Shown here in pieces: positions 9,776 to 21,043 of a DNA stretch of 64,000 nt (position 1 is the stretch's first letter; every line of letters begins with the position of its first letter). The translations under genes were made by a program, and so were the position numbers. Below the pieces are notes generated by a model that worked only from the letters and a program-made list of their open reading frames with translations, had not been told where the DNA came from and did no database searches. The DNA comes from Nitrospinales bacterium. GTDB taxonomy: Bacteria > Nitrospinota > Nitrospinia > Nitrospinales > VA-1. The stretch covers positions 448,001 to 512,000 of the forward strand of contig OZ253496.1 in assembly GCA_965262115.1 (NCBI GenBank), read 5' to 3'.

Positions 9776-10536
9776 AGGTCTATTTTATAGGAGCGGGCCC
9801 GGGGGATGTTGGACTGATGACCATAAAGGGGAACCGGCGGTTGCATTCCTGTCCCACTGTCATGTATGCAGGTTCGCTGATCAATCCGCAAATTTTATCT
9901 GCCCTTCCCAAATCTACACGGATTCACGACACTTCAAAATTAGACCTTGAACAACAAGTAGCCATATACAGTGAAGCCAAAGACGCGAATCAAGATGTCA
10001 CCCGATTGCAAAGTGGAGATTTGTCTATATATGGAGCGATTGCGGAACAAATGCGGGCTCTTGACAACCTTGACATTAAGTATGAAGTGGTCCCCGGCGT
10101 CTCATCAGTGGCCGCGAGTGCTGCAACTTTGAAAAGTGAACTGACACTTCCGGAAATTTCACAAACCGTCATTCTCTCCAGGGTCAGCGGAAGGACCCAG
10201 GTTCCCCCTGATGAGGACCTTGAAAAACTGGCTTCTCATAAATGTACCTTGTGCCTTTTCTTGTCTATCCACAAAATTAAAGACGTTGTCAAAAAGCTCT
10301 CCATCCATTACCCACCGGAAACTCCGGTCATCGTGGTCTACAAAGCAAGCTGGGAGGATGAAAAAATTATAAAGGGAGACCTCCAGACCATTGCCGACAA
10401 GGTAAAAGAAGAAGGAATCCGTTTGACAGCCCTAATTCTGGTGGGCGCAGTTTTTAACTCTAAAGACTTCGAAGATTCCCGTTTATATTCAAAGGAATAT
10501 TCTCATCTCTTTCGGAATAAAAATGTCAGCAAATAA
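9772..10536 (+). CDS. cbiF: Precorrin-4 C11-methyltransferase
   Basis: FIGAGPGD, YAGSL, RLQSGDLSIYGAIAEQ, ELTLPEISQTVI, SRLYS. Confidence 0.95.
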   Translation: MKVYFIGAGPGDVGLMTIKGNRRLHSCPTVMYAGSLINPQILSALPKSTRIHDTSKLDLEQQVAIYSEAKDANQDVTRLQSGDLSIYGAIAEQMRALDNLDIKYEVVPGVSSVAASAATLKSELTLPEISQTVILSRVSGRTQVPPDEDLEKLASHKCTLCLFLSIHKIKDVVKKLSIHYPPETPVIVVYKASWEDEKIIKGDLQTIADKVKEEGIRLTALILVGAVFNSKDFEDSRLYSKEYSHLFRNKNVSK

Positions 10537-11326
10537 TAGAATCGCAATTGTTGTCATTCGCTCTGAAGGTTTAGAAGTTGCCCGGAAACTTCGACAGGCC
10601 TGCCCTTCCTGGGATATTTGGGCACCAGAAACTTCAGGCATCGAACAGGGCGAGAAGGCCTATAACTCAAAATTCAAAGACTGGCTGAGCGAAAATTTCC
10701 AGAACTACGAAGGCTTTGTCTGCATCATGGCCGCCGGAATTGTGGTCCGTGCATTGAGCACAATGATTCCGGATAAACGGACCGGGCCAGGAGTGGTGGT
10801 TTGTGATGAGTTTGGCCGCCATGCAATATCCCTCCTTGGAGGGCATGAAGGCGGCGCCAATGAATTGGCTCATGAAGTGGCTAGCAAGACAGGTTCTGTT
10901 CCCACCATCACTACGGGAACTGAATCCATGAAAAACTATATTCTGGGCGTGGGTTGCAGGAAAAATGCGGATTATGAGTCTCTAAAAGGACTCGTTCTCG
11001 AAGTCCTTAAAAATGCCAAAGTCTCTCCTGATCGAATTAGGCTGATCACCACCATTGACCTAAAAGAGAAAGAACCCTGCATTCTAGAATTATCAGATGA
11101 ATTTGCCTGGCCCTTGTTAATTTTTTCCAAAAATGAAATTAATGCCACTAAAATTCAAGTTTCACCTTCTAGTTTTGTTGAAGAAAATATTGGTGTGCCC
11201 GGTGTCTGTGAACCAACGGCCTTGATGGCTTCTCATTTTGGGGAGTTGGTCGTTCCCAAAACCACAGAAAACGGCTGTGCGGTGGCTCTTGTACAGGAGC
11301 CGGAAATCAAAGGCCGGAGACCATAA
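10523..11326 (+). CDS. cbiG: Cobalt-precorrin-5A hydrolase
   Basis: MAAGIVVR, ISLLGGHEGGANELA, LGVGCRK, GVCEP. Confidence 0.93.
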   Translation: MSANNRIAIVVIRSEGLEVARKLRQACPSWDIWAPETSGIEQGEKAYNSKFKDWLSENFQNYEGFVCIMAAGIVVRALSTMIPDKRTGPGVVVCDEFGRHAISLLGGHEGGANELAHEVASKTGSVPTITTGTESMKNYILGVGCRKNADYESLKGLVLEVLKNAKVSPDRIRLITTIDLKEKEPCILELSDEFAWPLLIFSKNEINATKIQVSPSSFVEENIGVPGVCEPTALMASHFGELVVPKTTENGCAVALVQEPEIKGRRP

Positions 11327-11330
11327 GCCA

Positions 11331-12071
11331 ATGGGCAGACTCTATTTAGTTTCTATTGGTCCGGGAGCGCTCGATATGATCACTCCCCGCGCCTCTGAAG
11401 CCTTAAAAAAATGCCAAATAATAATTGGCCATCAACTATACCTGGACTTAATTCAAACTCTGATTCCGGGTAAAAGTCAAATCGCAACCCCATGGGGAAG
11501 CGAAATCGAAAGAGTTGATCTCGCAATTCAAAAAACTGCAGAAGGAAATAATGTCAGCCTTATTTCCAGCGGAGACATAGGAGTCTATGGACTGGGTGGC
11601 CTCGCTCTGGAAAGACTTGGGGAAAATGATTTGGCCATCGACTATGAAATCATCCCAGGGGTAACCTCGGCAAATGCGTGTGCGTCCATATTAGGAGCGC
11701 CCTTGGCCCATGATTTTTTGACATTATCTCTTTCCGATTTACTGGTTTCAAGAGAAACAATTTTAGAAAGGGCCGAGCATGCCGGAAAAGGGGGCTTTGT
11801 TTCTGTCCTTTATAATGTTCAGAGTCCGAAGAGAAAAGAGTTGGTGTATGAGGTGCTGGACCAGTTCAAACCTCATCGGGCAGCCCAGACACCTTGCGGG
11901 GTGGTTTCGAACGCTTTCCGGCCGGACGAAAAAAGTAATATTGTGATTTTTCAGGACCTGTTCTCGATGCAGTTCGACATGCTGACAACCCTTGTTCTGG
12001 GAAATGATGCAACACGGGTAGTAAAGAACAAACTGGTCACACAGCGAGGTTATTCTTTTAAAAATGCTTAG
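11331..12071 (+). CDS. cbiH: Precorrin-3B C17-methyltransferase
   Basis: IGPG, SSGDIGVYG, GAPLAHDF..SLSDLL, LYN, VTQRGY; ATG at 11331 just after the cbiG stop. Confidence 0.93.
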   Translation: MGRLYLVSIGPGALDMITPRASEALKKCQIIIGHQLYLDLIQTLIPGKSQIATPWGSEIERVDLAIQKTAEGNNVSLISSGDIGVYGLGGLALERLGENDLAIDYEIIPGVTSANACASILGAPLAHDFLTLSLSDLLVSRETILERAEHAGKGGFVSVLYNVQSPKRKELVYEVLDQFKPHRAAQTPCGVVSNAFRPDEKSNIVIFQDLFSMQFDMLTTLVLGNDATRVVKNKLVTQRGYSFKNA

Positions 12072-12837
12072 GGAAAATAAAATGCTCTGGCTATTCTCTG
12101 GAACCTCAGATGGAAATAAAATTGCTCAGGATCTAATTTCCCAAAAATGCCATCTAAAAGTATTTGTAGCTACCCAATATGGAAGAAAAGTCGCCGCCGA
12201 AACTTTACCACAACAGGTTATAGAAACAGGAAGAATGAATGAGAGTGAAATTTTTCAGCGTGCAGAACTGGAGGCCCCCGAAAAGGTGATTGATGCGACC
12301 CATCCCTTTGCATTGGAAATCAGCAAGAACCTGATGGAGTTCTGTCAGGCCCGCCAGATCCCTTATATCCGCTATGAACGACCGGAAGAACCTATGGACG
12401 GAGAAAATATCCATATTGTGAATGACATGGAACAGGCATCGGAAAAAGCCAAAATCATGGGAAAACACATTTTATTGACGGTGGGTTCCAAAAATATTGA
12501 ACCTTTTCTCGGCGAAAACTTTCAAGGTCGAATCTATATCAGAATGCTCCCTGACCCACCATTGATTCAACATTTATTGTCGAAAGGAGTCCCTCCTGAT
12601 AGAATTATCGCAATCCAGGGTCCGTTCAGCATTTCAATGAACCGGGCGATGATGGTTGATTTTTCCATCGATTGTCTGGTCACCAAATCTTCGGGGAAAG
12701 AAGGCGGGGTACCCCAAAAGATTGCTGCCGCAAAGGAACTGGGAATATCCGTTATTGTTATTAAACGACCAGAAATAAAGTATCCCTTATTATTTAGTGA
12801 CAGGGATGAAGTGGTAAAACACATCAACAACTCTTAG
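12064..12837 (+). CDS. cbiJ: Precorrin-6A reductase
   Basis: SGTSDG, IDATHPFA, YIRYERP, QGPFS, VTKSSG..GG..KI. Confidence 0.94.
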   Translation: MLRENKMLWLFSGTSDGNKIAQDLISQKCHLKVFVATQYGRKVAAETLPQQVIETGRMNESEIFQRAELEAPEKVIDATHPFALEISKNLMEFCQARQIPYIRYERPEEPMDGENIHIVNDMEQASEKAKIMGKHILLTVGSKNIEPFLGENFQGRIYIRMLPDPPLIQHLLSKGVPPDRIIAIQGPFSISMNRAMMVDFSIDCLVTKSSGKEGGVPQKIAAAKELGISVIVIKRPEIKYPLLFSDRDEVVKHINNS

Positions 12838-12855
12838 CGAGGCAGGAACTTAAAA

Positions 12856-13524
12856 ATGATTTATGCTGTGGGGATTGGGCCAGGCGACCCGGACATGTTG
12901 CCCCATAAGACCGTATTATTATTGCAAGAGGCGGATGTTATTTCCGGCTTTGATACAGTTTTAAACCTGGCTGAAAAACACTTTAATCCCAATGCGACTC
13001 GGATATCGATGGGCTACAAAGACCAAAGTGAAAAACTTGGCCAAGTGGGAAAATTATCTAGAGAAGGTAAAACATGTGTGGTTTGCTTTATGGGTGATGT
13101 CAATTTTTCCGGATATGAATACCTGGAAAGAATAAATAATGATTGCCATGAACCCAACCCTGTAATCATTCCGGGAATCAGCTCTGCCCAGATAGCAGCT
13201 TCCAGGACTTTGACAGCCTTTGAAACCAGCGTGTTCCTGACATTTCATAAGCGGGGAGATATTTCCAAAGATAAGGAATTTTTAGTTTCCGCGCTCAAGC
13301 TGGGCAAATCAGCAATCGTCATCCCTCTGCCATGGGATTTTATGCCGGCAGAAATCAGTCACTACCTGATCGAGCAAGGGATTCCGTCCCAGACTAAAGT
13401 AAATATTTTTGAACATCTGACCTGGCCCGAAGAAAAAGCCTATAGTAGAACACTGGATAATTGTACAGAAAAATTCTCTGACGTTTCTATAATGGTCATT
13501 TCTTCCATAAACGCACAATCCTGA
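12856..13524 (+). CDS. cbiE: Precorrin-6Y/7 C5-methyltransferase (CbiE domain only)
   Basis: VGIGPGD, GDVNFSG, PGISSAQIAASR, EHLTWPEE; no CbiT domain. Confidence 0.85.
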   Translation: MIYAVGIGPGDPDMLPHKTVLLLQEADVISGFDTVLNLAEKHFNPNATRISMGYKDQSEKLGQVGKLSREGKTCVVCFMGDVNFSGYEYLERINNDCHEPNPVIIPGISSAQIAASRTLTAFETSVFLTFHKRGDISKDKEFLVSALKLGKSAIVIPLPWDFMPAEISHYLIEQGIPSQTKVNIFEHLTWPEEKAYSRTLDNCTEKFSDVSIMVISSINAQS

Positions 13525-13558
13525 AAGTAATTAAAATGGTGACAACTAAAATTAACAG

Positions 13559-15343
13559 GTGCCTATGACTACCCCCTATTTCCCGTTTTCTGCCATCGTT
13601 GGACAGGAAAAATTAAAAGAAGCCCTGGTGCTAAACGCTGTCAATCCCTCCATTGGCGGAGTATTGATTTTTGGACAAAAAGGAACAGCAAAATCAACTG
13701 CAGTGCGGGGTTTAAAAAACATATTGGGATTGATCTCCTCCAAGAAGAAGGATGTTCCTTTGGTAGAACTTCCCCTGTCAGCCACGGAAGAAATGATCGT
13801 GGGAACCATGAACATACCCAATACCCTGAAATCCGAACAAATTCAGATTGAATACGGTCTGCTGCATAAAGCAAATAACGGAATCATTTACATCGATGAA
13901 GTGAATCTGCTGGAGGACCATCTGGTGGATGTGATTTTGGATGCTGCCGCGATGGGAGTCAATAGAATTGAAAGAGAAGGAATCAGCCATGAGCACCCGG
14001 CAAACTTCATCCTCATAGGAACCATGAATCCTGAAGAAGGAGAATTGCGCCCACAACTTTTGGATCGGTTCGGAATATCCGCAAAAATCAGAACAGAAAC
14101 AGAGGTGGGTATAAGGAAGGAAATTGTTAGCCGTAGACTGGCATGGGAAGAAGAAAAGCAAGGCTTCACAAAAAAATGGCAGCAAGATGAAAACTGCATG
14201 GGTGAGTCGATTGAAAAAGCCAAGCAGCTTCTGCCCAAGGTAGTCTTGAGCGAAAAGTATTTGGAGTTGGCCATAAACCTTACGTTGCAAGCCAATGTGG
14301 AGGGCCACCGGGCCGACATTATTATATCCAAAACGGCTAAAACCCTGGCCGCCTTAGCGGGGAGACTGGAAGTCAATGAGGACGATATCTATCGTGCTGC
14401 CGAGTATGCTCTGAACCATCGCACGGATTCTATTCCCACTCCTCCATCAAATGAATCTCCGGATAAGAAGACGGAAACACCCGCTCAGAATGAAACCAAC
14501 AAAACCCAGTCTGGCAACAAACCTCAATCGTTCCAGACCGAGCAATCCCCGGCCACTCAAAATTTTGAGACTCTCGATATCATTACAAATGCTGCTCAAA
14601 ATAATGTAGCAGGGAGAACCATGGATAGAAAACAAAAGGTTCGGCGGGGTAAAGTAATTGGCTCTATGGATTCGAACACACAAGCAGCAAACCTGTCTGA
14701 AATCGCCTTTTTCCCTACCCTTCTAAAGGGAATTCGAAGAGGAAAAAAGAAACTTTCTGATATTGCTCCCGACGATCTCCGTTTCAAGCGAAGAATTTCA
14801 GGCAGGAAAGAGCTGCATGTTCTTGTTGTGGACACCTCAGCATCCATGGGAACCTTACAACGCCTTTCCTATGCAAAGGGTCTGATGCAAAGGATCCTCA
14901 AGAATGATTATCAAAAGAAAAATTATGTCGCTGTTGTCGGAACTCTGGGGGACCGCGCCAACGTGGTGTTAAAACCCACACGCAATTTTTTTCAGATAGA
15001 TCAGGTCATGGATTCCATCAAGGCAAAAGGGAAGACCCCCTTACTGCATGCTATTGACAGCGCCTTGAATCTTGTTGAAAGCTTCCACAGGCAAAACAAA
15101 TTCCTGACAAATTTACTTGTAATTATATCCGACGGGAAACTGAACGTCCCCTTCCAAAAATCAGTCAGCGAAGATTTACAAGGTCTGGGAAAGCGTATCA
15201 AGAAACTTAATTTGAACAATTTTATTGTCGATTCTAATCAAAAATTCAACCGTTCCTTTCTGTTACAAAAAATGGTCAGCATTTTTGATGGCCGATATAT
15301 GGTTATGGAAGACACCCTTCTTCAAGGAAAGATTTCTCTTTGA
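13559..15343 (+). CDS. ChlI/ChlD-type chelatase ATPase subunit (AAA+ plus vWA), probable CobN partner
   Basis: [40 protein letters not shown], Pro-rich linker, vWA DTSASM and GKTPL. Confidence 0.9.
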   Translation: MPMTTPYFPFSAIVGQEKLKEALVLNAVNPSIGGVLIFGQKGTAKSTAVRGLKNILGLISSKKKDVPLVELPLSATEEMIVGTMNIPNTLKSEQIQIEYGLLHKANNGIIYIDEVNLLEDHLVDVILDAAAMGVNRIEREGISHEHPANFILIGTMNPEEGELRPQLLDRFGISAKIRTETEVGIRKEIVSRRLAWEEEKQGFTKKWQQDENCMGESIEKAKQLLPKVVLSEKYLELAINLTLQANVEGHRADIIISKTAKTLAALAGRLEVNEDDIYRAAEYALNHRTDSIPTPPSNESPDKKTETPAQNETNKTQSGNKPQSFQTEQSPATQNFETLDIITNAAQNNVAGRTMDRKQKVRRGKVIGSMDSNTQAANLSEIAFFPTLLKGIRRGKKKLSDIAPDDLRFKRRISGRKELHVLVVDTSASMGTLQRLSYAKGLMQRILKNDYQKKNYVAVVGTLGDRANVVLKPTRNFFQIDQVMDSIKAKGKTPLLHAIDSALNLVESFHRQNKFLTNLLVIISDGKLNVPFQKSVSEDLQGLGKRIKKLNLNNFIVDSNQKFNRSFLLQKMVSIFDGRYMVMEDTLLQGKISL

Positions 15344-15360
15344 ATCTTTATATTTAAAAA

Positions 15361-18300
15361 ATGGCAGTATACTTTTTTGTATCCGTTTCATCGGATTTGC
15401 ATCTCTTCTCCGAGAATATCGATGAGATTAAAGCTCTAGGAATTGAGGCACACGTCAACTACCTCTCAGAGTTTTCCCAGTATGAGTCGCGGTTGAGTTC
15501 AAAGGATGTTGTTGTTTCAAGAAATTTTGGCGGACTTTCTTTTCAAGGCGAGATATTGACGCGCATCAATTCCGTTGCCAAAAAGAACCGCATCCCCTTT
15601 CTCTGCCTTCCCAGTTTCAAGAATGATGATCCATCAGTACTCGCCCTATCCACCGCCCCTCTTGATATTTGCAACCAGCTCCTTTCCTATTACGAATCGT
15701 TTTCGTTCCCGAACCTGAAGGAATCGCTGAAGTATTTGAGTGACCTGTATCTCGGAACATCTTTGGGATGGGTTGAACCTGAGGTTTGTCCTGAATTTGG
15801 TCTGCTTCCTGGATACGAGGACATCCTTTCAAAGTTAAAGTCGGATAAATCCAGGAAAAAAGTAATAGCCATTCTTTTTTACCGGGCCCATTTTCTTGCA
15901 GATGATTTTGAGCCTATCCAAATGGCCATCGACTCCATTGAAAATTCCGGATCCGTGGCCCTGCCCATTTACTGCAGTATGATGAAGCAATCAGACGGAG
16001 AGACACACCCAATTGAAAAAATTCTAAAGAATGATCAAGAGGGATACATCGCAGATGTGGTGATCGATTGTCTTTCCTATGCAACAGCTAATTTATCCAC
16101 CACCGGAAATATAGTGAAGGGCGATAAAGATTCCGATGGCCTGTTCGTAAAATTAAATTGCCCAGTTCTTCACGCCCTTTACAGCTCAGAATCTGAAAGC
16201 GCTTGGCTCCAAAACCCTAAAGGGATGAACCCTCGTGACATGGCCATGAAGGTGGTCATGCCGGAATTTGACGGGAAAATCATCGCCCACCCCATTGGGT
16301 TTGTGGAGCAAGCACATAAAAATGGTAAAACCGTACCTTTATATAAAGGCAATTCTGAACGCATTGAACGATTGGTTTCCCTGGCCAACAACTTTGCTGA
16401 ATTAGCTTTCAAGGACAATAAAGATAAACGGATAGCTATTATCCTGACAAATTATCCCACTCAGAATGCCCGGATCGGCAACGCAGTCGGACTAGACACT
16501 CCCGCATCCCTGATCCGTGTCCTGAATGAGCTTAAAAATAATGGGTACGACATCGATAGCATTCCCGAAACCGGTGATGACCTGATCCATTCTCTTATCG
16601 ATCAGGTCACCTACGACACTGAATTTCTAACGGAAACCCAAATTGAGTTAGCTCCCGCGCAAGTGGATTCAAAAGACTACAAAGATTGGCATGGATCTTT
16701 CCCCAAAAAAAACCAATCGGAAATGGAAAAGGACTGGGGACAACCTCCTGGTAATGTCTACACCCACAAGGGAAAATTTTATTTGCCGGGATTATTTTTT
16801 AAAAATGTGTTTGTAGGCATTCAGCCCCCACGCGGATTCGGGGAGAACCCTGTCGCAATTTATCATAGTCCGGAAATTGTTCCCACTCATCACTATCTGG
16901 CCTTTTACCGCTGGCTTAAAGAGGGCTTTAATGCTGATGCTGTCATTCACATCGGTAAACATGGGAACCTGGAATGGTTGCCTGGGAAATCTGTAGCCCT
17001 CGCAGAAACCTGTTATCCAGACCTTGCCATTTTTGACCTCCCCTTCTTTTATTATTTTATTATCAATAATCCCGGTGAGGGCTCGCAGGCGAAACGCAGG
17101 ACAAATTCAGTACTGATCGACCACATGGTCCCGCCTATGACAAGGGCCGATCTTTATGATGATCTGGCGCGGATAGAACAATTGATTGAAGAGTGGACAT
17201 ATATTCAAAGCGTTGATCCCGACAAGGTTGAAATTGTTCAAAATCAGATATGGGAACTTTGCGAATCCACTCACATCAATCATGACCTTGGGTTTGATTC
17301 TCCCCCTGAACATTTCAAAGAGTATCGAAAGGCCATTAACGGTTTTCTGTGCGAAATTGGTAATACCCAGATTCGGGAAGGCCTGCACATACTGGGCGAT
17401 ATTCCCGAGAGGGATCAACTCATCAACCTGTTTGTCAGTTTGGCACGTATTGATACTCCTCCCTACAAAGGCACGCAGTCTTGCTTTATGGAGGTTTGCG
17501 CCATAAAGGATACCTCTTATTTCATCAACCAAGCTGAGGAATTGAATTGTAAAATTCCCGCAGCCATTCTGAAATTTTACGGAAAACCTGTTGAATCGCG
17601 GGGTGATTTATTACAGATGTTCGACATCCTCTCCTTCGCGATTATCGATCATTGCCTCAAAAATAATATCCACACGCAGGAACTCATTGACGCCGAGATC
17701 GAATCATTATTGAGCGTTCCAATCCCCGACCTGGCCAACACGATCCATTTTCTATTAAAGGATATCTACCCAAAGTTGAAACAGGTCGATGAGGAGATCA
17801 TTCACCTCATGGAAGCATTAAAGGGAGAATTTGTTGAACCGGGGCCTTCGGGAGCCCCCACAAGGGGGATGGCCACCATTCTTCCGACCGGGAGAAATTT
17901 TTATTCCGTCGATATTCATTCCTTGCCCACGACGACTTCGTGGATCATGGGGAAAAAACTGGCTGAAGCTCTATTGAAGCGATATGAAATGGAATCGGGG
18001 AAATTTCCTGAATCCGTGGCGATGATTCTTTGGGGAACATCCAATATGAGAACCAAGGGCGATGACATTGCACAAATCTTTTACTTGTTGGGGGTCAAAC
18101 CGGTCTGGAAACCGGAAAATAAGAGGGTCATCGTGGTTGAACCCATTCCGTTAGATGAATTGAAACGACCCAGGGTGGATGTATGCATTCGTATCAGTGG
18201 GTTTTTCCGAGATGCGTTTCCAAACCTGGTTGAATTGATGGACAAAGCAATAAATTTAGTTGCCCAACTTGACGAGCCTGTAGAAATGAACTTTGTGAGA

Positions 18301-19068
18301 AAACATTATCTGGAATCCAATTCCAAAAATATATTTCGTATTTTTGGCGCCGCACCGGGAAGATATGGGACAGGCATTCTTGAAGCCATCAATTCAAAAA
18401 ACTGGGAAACCAAGCAGGACCTGGCAGACATCTTTGTGAATTGGAGCGGCTTCGCTTACACAACCAATGAATATGGCATAGAAAAAAAAGAGGAATTCAA
18501 ACAACAACTCTCGCGAATGGATGTTGTCTCCCAGAACCAGGACAACAGGGAGCATGACATTTTTGATTCCGATGATTACCTCCAGTTTCACGGTGGATTG
18601 ATCAATGCCGTCAACCAAATAAAATCCAGCCAGGGTAAGGGAAAGGTCCGGGAATATTTCGGCGACTCCTCCAATCCTGCCGCAGTGAAAATCAAGAGTT
18701 TGAAGGAAGAAGTCCGCCAGGTCTACAGGGCTCGTGTCGTGAATCCGAAATGGATTAACGCCATGAAACAACATGGCTACAAAGGGGGGCTGGAAATGGC
18801 GGCAACCCTGGATTACATGTTCGGCTACGACGCGACAACGGATGTCATTGACGACCACATGTATGAAGGTGTTTCGGAGAAATATCTCATTGACCCTGAT
18901 ACCCAGGAGTTTCTAAGAGAAAAAAATCCGTGGGCTATTCGTGCAATGGGAGAAAGATTGCTCGAAGCAGCTAATCGAGGCCTATGGGAAAACCCAGATC
19001 CCGACAGATTGCTTGATATTGAATCCCTTGTTGCCTCTGTGGAAGGGGATACCGAACAAGATCTTTAA
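15361..19068 (+). CDS. cobN: Cobaltochelatase large subunit
   Basis: MPEFDG, VGLDTPAS, QPPRGF, HIGKHGNLEWLPGK, LPTGRNFY, RISGFFRDAFP, NPKWI..M..HGYKG. Confidence 0.96.
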   Translation: MAVYFFVSVSSDLHLFSENIDEIKALGIEAHVNYLSEFSQYESRLSSKDVVVSRNFGGLSFQGEILTRINSVAKKNRIPFLCLPSFKNDDPSVLALSTAPLDICNQLLSYYESFSFPNLKESLKYLSDLYLGTSLGWVEPEVCPEFGLLPGYEDILSKLKSDKSRKKVIAILFYRAHFLADDFEPIQMAIDSIENSGSVALPIYCSMMKQSDGETHPIEKILKNDQEGYIADVVIDCLSYATANLSTTGNIVKGDKDSDGLFVKLNCPVLHALYSSESESAWLQNPKGMNPRDMAMKVVMPEFDGKIIAHPIGFVEQAHKNGKTVPLYKGNSERIERLVSLANNFAELAFKDNKDKRIAIILTNYPTQNARIGNAVGLDTPASLIRVLNELKNNGYDIDSIPETGDDLIHSLIDQVTYDTEFLTETQIELAPAQVDSKDYKDWHGSFPKKNQSEMEKDWGQPPGNVYTHKGKFYLPGLFFKNVFVGIQPPRGFGENPVAIYHSPEIVPTHHYLAFYRWLKEGFNADAVIHIGKHGNLEWLPGKSVALAETCYPDLAIFDLPFFYYFIINNPGEGSQAKRRTNSVLIDHMVPPMTRADLYDDLARIEQLIEEWTYIQSVDPDKVEIVQNQIWELCESTHINHDLGFDSPPEHFKEYRKAINGFLCEIGNTQIREGLHILGDIPERDQLINLFVSLARIDTPPYKGTQSCFMEVCAIKDTSYFINQAEELNCKIPAAILKFYGKPVESRGDLLQMFDILSFAIIDHCLKNNIHTQELIDAEIESLLSVPIPDLANTIHFLLKDIYPKLKQVDEEIIHLMEALKGEFVEPGPSGAPTRGMATILPTGRNFYSVDIHSLPTTTSWIMGKKLAEALLKRYEMESGKFPESVAMILWGTSNMRTKGDDIAQIFYLLGVKPVWKPENKRVIVVEPIPLDELKRPRVDVCIRISGFFRDAFPNLVELMDKAINLVAQLDEPVEMNFVRKHYLESNSKNIFRIFGAAPGRYGTGILEAINSKNWETKQDLADIFVNWSGFAYTTNEYGIEKKEEFKQQLSRMDVVSQNQDNREHDIFDSDDYLQFHGGLINAVNQIKSSQGKGKVREYFGDSSNPAAVKIKSLKEEVRQVYRARVVNPKWINAMKQHGYKGGLEMAATLDYMFGYDATTDVIDDHMYEGVSEKYLIDPDTQEFLREKNPWAIRAMGERLLEAANRGLWENPDPDRLLDIESLVASVEGDTEQDL

Positions 19069-19092
19069 TCGAAAGTTAATAAAAGGAAACCT

Positions 19093-20472
19093 TTGCCTAA
19101 CAAATCCAAATTCTTACCCGGTTTAGTAATAGCCGGAACCCATAGCTCCGTGGGGAAGTCCTCGGTAGCCATTGGTTTAATGCGGTTATTAAAAAATAAA
19201 GGGTGGAGAATAAGGCCGTTCAAGGTCGGCCCTGATTATATCGATCCCGGCCACCATAAAAGAGCGTGCGACGAGCCGAGTTATAACCTGGATACTGTCA
19301 TGTGCACCCCGAAATACGTCAAGGACTTGTTTGGCGATATTATGAATGAGGGGGATATCGCAATCGTTGAAGGAGTGATGGGACTGCATGACGGCGCATC
19401 GCCTAAAACCGAAAAAGGTTCCACCGCAGAGGTCGCTAAATTGCTTGATCTTCCCGTCCTGCTTGTCATTGACGGTAGAGCCATGGCCCGATCCTCAGCG
19501 GCTCTGGTCATGGGATATATGCAGCTTGACCCAAAGCTGAATCTGATCGGCATCATCGCCAACAACATTAACAGCCCCAGGCATGCAGAGTTCATAAAAA
19601 ATGCAATCGAGCACCACACGTCCGCAAAGCTTCTTGCCTGCCTGCCAACCTCTTCAGACTTGAGCATACCCAGCCGTCACTTGGGACTGCATCAGGGTAT
19701 TGAGCAAAAACAGGACATCTATCAGAAATGGGCAAAGCATGTTGAGTCCCATATCGATCTAAAACTATTTTTAAAACTATTCAAATTAAAAAAACCATCG
19801 CGGTCAGCCTCCAATGCCAGGTCAGAGCCTAAGCGCTGGAGAACAAAGTCCAGGCCCTGCACATTTAATATTGCCGTGGCCAAAGACGAGGCGTTTCAGT
19901 TCATTTACCAGGACACTTTGGACTTTTTGACTCATCAGGGTTTTAAAATTTCCTTTTTTTCGCCTCTCCGTGATCCCCATTTGCCAGAAAATATGGACGG
20001 TTATTATTTTCCAGGGGGCTATCCGGAATTACGCGCGGAATCTTTAAACAAAAATCGTTCGCTTTTAAGGGACATCAAAAAGGCCGGATCAGCAGGGAAA
20101 ATGATTATAGGAGAATGCGGTGGACTCATGTATCTGGGGAAACACCTTACCAACCACAAGGGCAAGAAAATACCGATGGTGGGCCTGTTCGACTTTTCCA
20201 CATCTCTGAAAGTCAGAAAATTGTCGTTGGGCTACCGAAAACTAGTCAAAGCCTCAGCCAACAACAAAAAACTAATCCTCCACGGACACGAATTCCATTA
20301 CTCCACCTTCACGATTAATAATGAACGGCCAAAATGGAATAGCATTCATCCTAAAAATGGGGCGGTTTTAAAAGATGGCTTTACCACCAAAAACTGCCAC
20401 TCTTTTTATACGCATATTTACTGGGCGTCCAATAAAGAGTGGCTGAATCATTTAATGGAATCGTATTCATGA
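19093..20472 (+). CDS. cobB: Cobyrinate a,c-diamide synthase (CbiA/CobB)
   Basis: FKVGPDYIDP, EGVMGL, PSRHLGL, GGYPE, ECGGLMYL, GHEFHYS. Confidence 0.95.
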   Translation: MPNKSKFLPGLVIAGTHSSVGKSSVAIGLMRLLKNKGWRIRPFKVGPDYIDPGHHKRACDEPSYNLDTVMCTPKYVKDLFGDIMNEGDIAIVEGVMGLHDGASPKTEKGSTAEVAKLLDLPVLLVIDGRAMARSSAALVMGYMQLDPKLNLIGIIANNINSPRHAEFIKNAIEHHTSAKLLACLPTSSDLSIPSRHLGLHQGIEQKQDIYQKWAKHVESHIDLKLFLKLFKLKKPSRSASNARSEPKRWRTKSRPCTFNIAVAKDEAFQFIYQDTLDFLTHQGFKISFFSPLRDPHLPENMDGYYFPGGYPELRAESLNKNRSLLRDIKKAGSAGKMIIGECGGLMYLGKHLTNHKGKKIPMVGLFDFSTSLKVRKLSLGYRKLVKASANNKKLILHGHEFHYSTFTINNERPKWNSIHPKNGAVLKDGFTTKNCHSFYTHIYWASNKEWLNHLMESYS

Positions 20473-21023
20473 GAAAACCTTCAGGAGCAGACCCGAGAAA
20501 ACGCAAAGGACTAATCATTGTCAACACTGGAGATGGAAAGGGGAAGTCCACCGCCTCATTCGGCCTGGCCATTCGCGCGGCGGGAAACAAGATGAATGTA
20601 TTCATCATGCAGTTCATGAAGGGGCAATGGAAAGCTGGCGAACGAAAATCTTTCGAAAAACTGGCCCCTTATGTTGAGTTTGTTGCTATGGGAGATGGAT
20701 TTACCTGGGACACAAATGATATCGAGCAGGATAAAGCCACCGCCCGCAAGGCCTTTGAAATCGCCAAAGAAAAACTCTTCAGCAGCAAGTATCAAATGGT
20801 CATTTTTGAGGAAATCAATTACGTTCTTCACTATCAGTTTTTTCCAGAGGAAGAGTTTTTGGAAACATTGCGTAACAAACCTGAATCGGTTCATGTTGTT
20901 TGCTCAGGAAGAAATGCGTCCGAAAAATTGATAGAAATGGCCGATCTTGTGACAGAAATGAAGATGATCAAACACCCTTTCAAAGAACAGGGAATTCCTG
21001 CTCAAAAGGGCATTGAATTTTAA
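20469..21023 (+). CDS. cobO: Cob(I)yrinate a,c-diamide adenosyltransferase
   Basis: GLIIVNTGDGKGKSTA, QFMKG, ADLVTEM..IKHPF, AQKGIEF. Confidence 0.95.
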   Translation: MRKPSGADPRKRKGLIIVNTGDGKGKSTASFGLAIRAAGNKMNVFIMQFMKGQWKAGERKSFEKLAPYVEFVAMGDGFTWDTNDIEQDKATARKAFEIAKEKLFSSKYQMVIFEEINYVLHYQFFPEEEFLETLRNKPESVHVVCSGRNASEKLIEMADLVTEMKMIKHPFKEQGIPAQKGIEF

Positions 21024-21043
21024 TCTATTAAAATGCGTGCGAC

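Noticed and set aside
13559..15343. Magnesium chelatase implying chlorophyll synthesis
   Set aside because: Adjacent to cobN within a cob operon; no photosynthesis genes
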